Assembly: GCA_964016885.1 (NCBI GenBank)
Contig: OZ024751.1
Span: forward strand, 13,826,001 to 13,890,000
DNA: 64,000 bases
Source: Eledone cirrhosa
Taxonomy: Eukaryota
Reading direction: 5' to 3'
Shown here: in pieces, positions 56,846-64,000 of the stretch
Layout of the letters: each line of letters begins with the position of its first letter
Numbering within the stretch: the stretch's first letter is position 1
Notes under the pieces: generated by a model
What the model saw: the letters and a program-made list of their open reading frames with translations, nothing else
Told to the model about the DNA's origin: nothing
Databases searched by the model: none
Translations under genes and position numbers: made by a program

Positions 56846-59800
56846 ATGGCTATGCTAAGAGTAGGCTGTTTAAATGCGCGTGGCCTGGGCTCAACTTGGA
56901 AGCAAGCAATGCTTCTAAATGACCTCAGGTCACAACGTATAGATGTGATGGTTATTTGCGAGGCCCGGATCAGCAACGTGCGACAGCTGGCCCCCACCTT
57001 TGATGACTTTGAGATGCACGCATCTCTCTGTCAGCCCGGAGGTGGGGGTGGAGTTGTCGTTCTGCTGCAAAAACATCTGGGTCTCGCAACACAGATGGTA
57101 CATTTGGACCCGGAGGGTCGACTAGTGGTTCTGGACCTTGGCAGTAGTAAAGGCGGAGCGTTTAGGTTGGTAGCCGCCTACGGCCCTTTCGGGTCAATGC
57201 GGCCGGACTTCTTCCATCGTCTGGAGACTTTTCTAGGGACGTCCCGCTCCTTGCTATTAGTGGGGGACTGGAATGGTATCCTAGATGCACGCTGGGACTA
57301 CGTAGGGGCCTGCCCCGATAGAGAGGGGTGTAATAGCCTCAAAGGGTTAATCGGTCGATTTGACCTGGCCGATAGATATCGACTAGATTTTCCGACTGCG
57401 CCAACCTGGACTTGGGCAAATCGTAGCGGATCATCTAGGTCGTACCTAGATAGGTTCTTAGTTAGAATTAAGGATAAGGACTTTTTAAGTTGTCCAAAAA
57501 TGCGCATGGTTGGCTATTCAGACCACAAATTAGTGACCTGCATGGTCAACCTTGACAGAACTCATAGACAGGGCCCCGGTTACTGGAAGCTCAACTTGTC
57601 CTTGCCGGCAAGTAGAGCCTACAGGAATCGGATTAGTACGTTAGTTAAAGAACGGTTGACTGGAGCGATCGTCAACAGCAGGTGGTGGGTATCTCTAAAG
57701 AGAGAGATTAGAGTAGTCTCGATAGAATTTAGTAAGGTTCTAGTTGCGGATAGGAATAGGAAGGAAAGGGAGCTAATAGATAGAGTAGAAGAGGCAATTA
57801 GAAGCGGCGACGTGGCCAGAGTGCTAGCGTCGAGAACGGCTTTGAGCCAGTTTTTCGACGCGAAGCACGAAGGCTGCGTTGTCCGAAGTAAAATACGTGC
57901 TCTAGGGAACGAGGGGACCAAAGCTGTTAGCTGGGCCCGCGTGACAGAGGCCAACAGTGGAACTAAATCCACCATCCGGTCTTTGCGAGACCTGGATGGA
58001 CGGGCGATTCTTGAGCCTAAGCAGATGTGTGAGGCCTTTCAAAGGCACTTTGCCCGACTGTTCGGGAGGGGCGGGGAGCCGGTTGGGAACGTGGACTTCG
58101 GTCCATACCTCGACGGCCTGCCGCGCCTCTCGGACAGGGAGGCGAAGTCCTGCGAGGAGCCGATTTCGGCCGCTGAGATAGAGGACGTGCTGAGCCAATG
58201 CGGCAAACGCAAATCCCCGGGTCTCGATGGTCTTCCTTACGAATTATATCTAGCTATGCCGGACTTGTTCCCCGATCTCCTCGAGGCGGTCTACTGCAAC
58301 TGGCAACAGAACGGGAGAATTCCCTGTACTGTGACCAAGGGCGTAGTCACGCTAGTGAGGAAGGACGAGAACAAGGGGGACGAAATAAGTAACTTCAGGC
58401 CCATAACTCTGCTAAATACAGAGTTACAGATTTTGGCCAAGGTGCTAGCAAAGAGGTTGGCGCTTGTCGTGGGCAACCTGGTGGGAGATGCGCAGACATG
58501 CGCTATCCCGTCCAGGTCCATCCATGACAACCTCCACCTCATGCGATACATCATAGAGAGGGTTGGGAACGAACCCGGCTTTGGTGGGGCTCTGATCAAC
58601 TTGGATCAATCTAAGGCGTTCGATAGGGTCGACCATGGTTACCTGGATGCGGTGCTAGCGGCGGCAGGCTTCGGACCCGTTTTCAGGGGCTGGATCACTG
58701 CTATGCACAGCAGCCGCATCTGCTCTAGGGTCAAGGTGAACGGCCACCTCTCGGAGCCGTTCAAAATCGCGCGGTCCATCCGACAAGGGTGCCCTCTCTC
58801 CTCCCTTCTGTATGTGTTGACTCTCGAGCCGCTACTGCGGAAGTTGGAGTTGTTGCAGGGCATCCCTTTGGAACCGGGATTGCGGAAAGCGGTGTCGGCC
58901 TACGCCGATGACGTGACAGTAATGGTGTCGACGGCCTCCGAAATCGAGGCGGTCGGCACCTTACTGGAGGAGTACGAAAAGTTCACAGGGGCTAAGCTGA
59001 ACCGGGACAAGTCGATCGGTTTGCAACTCGGCACGTGGAGGGGCAGACCGATGCCCTCCGATGGCGTCGTCGGACGCTGGACGGAGGGCCCGGTGAAGTT
59101 GCTCGGGGTCTGGTTCGGACCGGACCTCCAGGTGGAGAAAAACTGGGCGGAGGTTACGAACAGGGTGTTTGCACTGACCCAGAAGTGGGCCAGTTGCAAA
59201 CTATCCCTGAAAGGTCGGGCGGAGGTGGCGAACACCTACATAGCGTCCGTCATCTACTACCGCCTGACCGTAGTGCCCTGCCCAAAGGAAACCTTCACCA
59301 AGATGGAGCGCGCGCTCTTCCAATTCCTTTGGAAGAGGCGGGCTCCTATGGTGAGGAGATCCATCTGCTGTCAACACCCTTCGAAAGGAGGGCTGGGGAT
59401 GCCGTGGCTAATGATGCGTAAACACGCATTAAGGCTACGGCACCTCTACGTATTCCTCACCGGACAACCGGTGTGGGCCTCGTTTGTGAAACGAACCTTT
59501 CCCAGACTCGTCTCACTCACCGAGCTGCAATCCTGGGTCAAGCAAAGACCGAGAAAACTGGGCGCCTGGCACACTGAGTGTGCCCAGGCGCTCACCGCCC
59601 TCTGGCAGGCGGATCCGGTTATCAGTGGAGACTCCACCGCAACATTCTATAGAGGGCTGGTACGCAGCAGGTGCGACGACGCCCTCGGAGAAGCCCTAGA
59701 CATGGAGGAGGACGAACTAGCCAGCCTGTTCGGTAGGACATTCAGCCCGGGACCTATGGACAACTTCCAGAAGTCCCTGGCCTGGCAGTGCTACCGAGGG

Positions 59801-60283
59801 GCTTTACCCGTTCGAGAAAGGCTCTACAGACACGGGCGCCCGGGTAAGGATCCCGCCAAAAAGATCTGTCCCAGATGCGTGTGCGACGAGGAAACCGTTG
59901 CACACGCATTGGTACACTGCTCGGGCGTAGCCGATCTGTGGGGCTATGTCGAACAACTACTGTCAAGGGTGGGACCGATCCGGTTGACCACCGAGTCTAT
60001 TGTAATGATCAAGCCGCCTCCCCCCTTCAAAGATGAAGCAGAGGCGGTGTTTCTGTGCGTAATAGCCATGGCGAAAGAGGTTGTGTGGTGGACGCGTCTG
60101 AAAGGACTGAGGTCAGGCACCTTTCTCTCTGGCCAACAACTGGTCCGTTTCTTCCGATATCATTTCGGAAGAAGGATCAGGATGGAGAGAGAGGTGCTGC
60201 ACCCCAGCCGTTTCTATGAAAGATGGGTGAAAGTGGCGAGAATGGCCCGTGTGAATGGGCCTTCACTCTACATCAGACTATAG
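56846..60283 (+). CDS. Intact LINE ORF2 (APE endonuclease, reverse transcriptase, zf-RVT), Tx1/L1 clade
   Basis: CLNARGL, GDWN, LDRF, SDH; KSPGLDGLP, NFRPITLLN, DQSKAFDRV, RQGCPLS, YADD; CPRC..HALVHC. No stops; first ATG at 56846. Confidence 0.95.
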   Translation: MAMLRVGCLNARGLGSTWKQAMLLNDLRSQRIDVMVICEARISNVRQLAPTFDDFEMHASLCQPGGGGGVVVLLQKHLGLATQMVHLDPEGRLVVLDLGSSKGGAFRLVAAYGPFGSMRPDFFHRLETFLGTSRSLLLVGDWNGILDARWDYVGACPDREGCNSLKGLIGRFDLADRYRLDFPTAPTWTWANRSGSSRSYLDRFLVRIKDKDFLSCPKMRMVGYSDHKLVTCMVNLDRTHRQGPGYWKLNLSLPASRAYRNRISTLVKERLTGAIVNSRWWVSLKREIRVVSIEFSKVLVADRNRKERELIDRVEEAIRSGDVARVLASRTALSQFFDAKHEGCVVRSKIRALGNEGTKAVSWARVTEANSGTKSTIRSLRDLDGRAILEPKQMCEAFQRHFARLFGRGGEPVGNVDFGPYLDGLPRLSDREAKSCEEPISAAEIEDVLSQCGKRKSPGLDGLPYELYLAMPDLFPDLLEAVYCNWQQNGRIPCTVTKGVVTLVRKDENKGDEISNFRPITLLNTELQILAKVLAKRLALVVGNLVGDAQTCAIPSRSIHDNLHLMRYIIERVGNEPGFGGALINLDQSKAFDRVDHGYLDAVLAAAGFGPVFRGWITAMHSSRICSRVKVNGHLSEPFKIARSIRQGCPLSSLLYVLTLEPLLRKLELLQGIPLEPGLRKAVSAYADDVTVMVSTASEIEAVGTLLEEYEKFTGAKLNRDKSIGLQLGTWRGRPMPSDGVVGRWTEGPVKLLGVWFGPDLQVEKNWAEVTNRVFALTQKWASCKLSLKGRAEVANTYIASVIYYRLTVVPCPKETFTKMERALFQFLWKRRAPMVRRSICCQHPSKGGLGMPWLMMRKHALRLRHLYVFLTGQPVWASFVKRTFPRLVSLTELQSWVKQRPRKLGAWHTECAQALTALWQADPVISGDSTATFYRGLVRSRCDDALGEALDMEEDELASLFGRTFSPGPMDNFQKSLAWQCYRGALPVRERLYRHGRPGKDPAKKICPRCVCDEETVAHALVHCSGVADLWGYVEQLLSRVGPIRLTTESIVMIKPPPPFKDEAEAVFLCVIAMAKEVVWWTRLKGLRSGTFLSGQQLVRFFRYHFGRRIRMEREVLHPSRFYERWVKVARMARVNGPSLYIRL

Positions 60284-61042
60284 GTGAGGAAGATGAAAGA
60301 CCAAGGGAGCACCCCTTCTCTGTGCTCCTGAGGAGAAGGGTTGCACACTTTTTTCGGGGGTGTGTGCGACCCCCCAAGGCGCCTCCTCTCGATTGAGGAT
60401 TTTGTTATAAATTTTATTTTTTGTTATATCTTATTTTATTTTTATATTTTGTTATTGCCTCCTCCTTATTGAGGACGCCTTTTTGTGTAAACTCCCCCCT
60501 TTGTACTTGTCCCACTTTTGATGCCCTAGTGGCAAATAAAAGAAACATATCTCTATTTATTAACGTATCTTTCTATTCAAGTCTCTCTTCTCCCCTCCCC
60601 CACCTGTCATTATTTCTCTATTTCTAATAATCTTTTCAAGCAACTCAAAACAAGATGTGTATTAAAAGTACTACAAAGAACTATCCATGTTTTGGATCAA
60701 TAAAGATGTTTTATATGAACATTGCCGTTTGTTTGAGCTGATAGTAACATTGTATCAGTGTCTATATTAAAACACATTATATTAATCCTTTATCTTGTTT
60801 TTCTTGTCTGACAGCGTTTATTTTTGCAGGGTGCGGCTATATGACAAAAAAAATAAAACCTGCATACCATCCTAGATATTCTGAATAACAGGTTTTAGCA
60901 AATATATGTTAAGAAAGAAAAGAAAGAAGAAGAAAGAAGAAGAAATAATAATACTAAAAGGACTCGGGTTAAACGGTAATATTAAGATGTCATAAACACT
61001 CAATTGTGACAAACACGAGCAATGTGGGCCACTCCACAAGGG

Positions 61043-61223
61043 CAGTGCCGGATTTAGGACAAATGAGGCCCTGTGCTAGTTAAGTTATGAGGCCCCAAAA
61101 CATTGAAAAATTAATCGTAATTTTTTTTTTTTTTTGCAGGAAGATGAGCACCCGCACTCCATCGCGTAGCCAACGGGGCCCTATGCTTAAGCACACCTGA
61201 ACACAATGGTAAATCTAGCACTG
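61043..61223. mobile_element. hAT-type MITE
   Basis: Ends CAGTGCCGGATTTA / TAAATCTAGCACTG; 8-bp duplication cacaaggg / cataaggg. Confidence 0.8.
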
Positions 61224-61397
61224 CATAAGGGAGTCCAACCTTGTCTCTGTCATTTGCCGACCAGAGGTGTAGGGCTGACCAAACGAGCATTTGGACAATA
61301 ATTATTTCTAATTTAGGCACAAGGCTAGTAATTTTGGTAACGAGGGGGAGAGGCGATTAAATCAACCCCAGTGTATTACTGGTACTTTATTTTATCG

Positions 61398-62568
61398 ACC
61401 CCGCAAGGATGAAAGGCAAAGTTAACCTCGGCGAGATTTGAACTCAGAACGTAAAGGGTCATAACTATATGCCACAAAACATTGCCCGACGCTCTACCGA
61501 TACTGCCAATCTACCCGAACAATAAAACCCCGTAAGGATGAAAGGCAAAGCTAACCTCTGCGGGATTTGAACTCAGAACGTAAAGGGTCATAACTCTATG
61601 CCACAAAATATATTGCCTGACGCTCTACCGATACTGCCAATCTACCCGAACAATAAAACCCCGTAAGGATGAAAGGCAAAGCTAACCTCGGCGAGATTTG
61701 AACTCAGAACGTAAAGGGTCATAACTCTATGCCACAAAACATATTGCCCGACGCTCTACCGATACTGCCAATCGACCCGAACAATAAAACCCCGCAAGGA
61801 TGAAAGGCAAAGTTAACCTCGGCGAGATTTGAACTCAGAACGTAAAGGGTCATAACTCTATGCCACAAAACATATTGCCCGACGCTCTACCGATACTGCC
61901 AATCGACCCGAACAATAAAACCCCGCAAGGATGAAAGGCAAAGTTAACCTCGGCGAGATTTGAACTCAGAACGTAAAGGGTCATAACTCTATGCCACAAA
62001 ACATATTGCCCGACGCTCTACCGATACTGCCAATCGACCCGAACAATAAAACCCCGCAAGGATGAAAGGCAAAGTTAACCTCGGCGAGATTTGAACTCAG
62101 AACGTAAAGGGTCATAACTCTATGCCACAAAACATATTGCCCGACGCTCTACCGATACTGCCAATCTACCCGAACAATAAAACCCCGTAAGGATGAAAAG
62201 CAAAGCTAACCTCTGCGGTATTTGAACTCAGAACGTAAAGGGTCATAACTCTATGCTACAAAACATATTGCCCGACGCTCTACCGATACTGCCAATCTAC
62301 CCGAACAATAAAACCCCGTAAGGATGAAAAGCAAAGCTAACCTCTGCGGTATTTGAACTCAGAACGTAAAGGGTCATAACTCTATGCTACAAAACATATT
62401 GCCCGACGCTCTACCGATACTGCCAATCTACCCGAACAATAAAACCCCGTAAGGATGAAAAGCAAAGCTAACCTCTGCGGTATTTGAACTCAGAACGTAA
62501 AGGGTCATAACTCTATGCCACAAAACATATTGCCCGACGCTCTACCGATACGGTCAATCTACCCGAAT
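61398..62568 (-). repeat. Tandem array of 9 SINE-head units (131 bp)
   Basis: Unit starts at 61398, 61527, 61658, 61789, 61920, 62051, 62182, 62313 and 62444. Confidence 0.95.
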
Positions 62569-62950
62569 AATAATTGTTTCTACTTTTGGCACGAGGCCAG
62601 CAATTACTCCAGTGCATTACTGGTACTTTATTCTATCGACCCCCGTAAGGATGAAAGGCAAAGTTAACCTAGGCGGGATTTGAACTCAGAATGGCAAGGG
62701 CCGTAACTCCATGCGTCAAGGCATGGTGTCCGACTCTCTACCGATACTGCCAATCCACTACCCGGATAATAATTGTTTCTACTTTTGGCACAAGGCCAGC
62801 AATACCCCCAGTACATTACTGGTACTTTATTTTATCGACCCCGTAAGGATGAAAGGCAAAGTTAACCCCGGCGGGATTTGAACTCAATGGCAAGGGCCGT
62901 AACTCTATGCTGCAAAGCATGGTGTCCAACCCTCTACCGATACTGCCAAA
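62569..62950 (-). mobile_element. Two full-length family A SINEs in tandem
   Basis: Complete copies at about 62569-62763 and 62767-62950. Confidence 0.88.
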
Positions 62951-63175
62951 CCCGGTAGGTATTGAAGAAGAACATTCCAGATGAAATGTCATGGTCCGCC
63001 ATGATGAAGGAGGTGGGTTGATGTTGTTTTCTATTGTTCATGAGAAGTTTGAACATGTAGAAACAAGATGGAATCAATTGGCTATTTATAGCTAAGCTGT
63101 TGAATGACGTTTTGTTTGTTTGGTTGTTTACTTGAGGGGGTGTTGGTGGTGGCGTTGGTAGTGTTGGTCGTGGTG

Positions 63176-63207
<32 letters not shown>

Positions 63208-64000
63208 AGTGGCATATAGAACCTTTAAATTCTAGGCCTAATCATAACTATTAGCTGTATCATGCCTCCCTCTACTTAAACAAATCCCCCTCCTGTGTAA
63301 ATTAATAGCAATAGTTTGGTATAACGATGGCCTAACGACGATGGCTGACTTCCCACTAGCACACCTGAAGCCTGGAATACATTCCTAGAGTGCTTGGAAA
63401 AATTGATTTCCATATCTTTCGCTAGGCTGAATGGCTGACACGTGGTTAGGATGGGCTGGCCGGAGTTTGCAGTCGCCACATGCTGTTTGACTGCTAAACA
63501 AGGACATAATCTTTATTCTACATCCCACTCGGATAACTTATCGAGGATCTCTATAGTACAATTAAAGTTTCTTCATAACTAAACCTCGCAACCCAAAACC
63601 TTAAAAAAATGTTTAAACTGTTTAATTTTCAATTTTCTAATTTTTTTATTTTATAATGTTAATCTTTAATTTTTTTTAACTTCATCCTATAAATCTAAAC
63701 AAAAATTTAAAGTTCCAATCTTCTGTTCACACATTATACCATGTAGACCCCCACGATATATACCTCTGTTATAATATATACCTCTGTTAAGATACGGGTC
63801 TTTTAGAATAACTTTTTTTCGCGGCATTCCTAGCATGACATTAATGCTGACTTTTCTTCCTCTTTCTTTCTGTCTTTTTTCTTGTAGCATGACATTAACG
63901 CTGACTTTTCTTCCTCTTTCTTTCTGTTTTTCTTCTCTTTGACCGGGAGGTTAGGAGCACACTATAAGGTTTAACACCCTCACCAGATAGCCTTAAGTAG

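Noticed and set aside
62959-63012. Possible 54-nt exon (VLKKNIPDEMSWSAMMKE) with AG/GT ends
   Set aside because: No polypyrimidine tract, no recognisable homology, no partner exons identified.

Overview
Eukaryotic, repeat-saturated, AT-rich animal DNA; the microsatellite load and SINE types suggest an octopod cephalopod (inference). Most ORF-track entries are microsatellite artefacts. One convincing host gene is present: an uninterrupted NEPRO/RMP64 (DUF4477, RNase MRP subunit)-like ORF at 11517-12416 with tandem ETS motifs upstream. The rest is mobile DNA: a Tx1/L1-clade LINE with intact ORF2 (56846-60283) in a head-to-tail cluster, decayed RTE and CR1-like LINEs, at least two Penelope-like element (PLE) families, many tRNA-derived SINEs (including a 9 x 131 bp array), hAT and mariner MITEs, and a Helitron. 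The strongest unannotated signal, found by reading and folding by eye, is about 20 type I hammerhead ribozyme motifs (CUGAnGA...GAAA...UH). Many sit as mirror-image pairs in short fold-back elements embedded in (TA)n, several share a U-U pair at the base of stem II, and some have very long stem II inserts. Multi-kb (TA)n tracts punctuated by TACAGTA/TACTGTA and inverted duplications of flanking DNA around (TA)n accompany them. No searches or folding programs were run.
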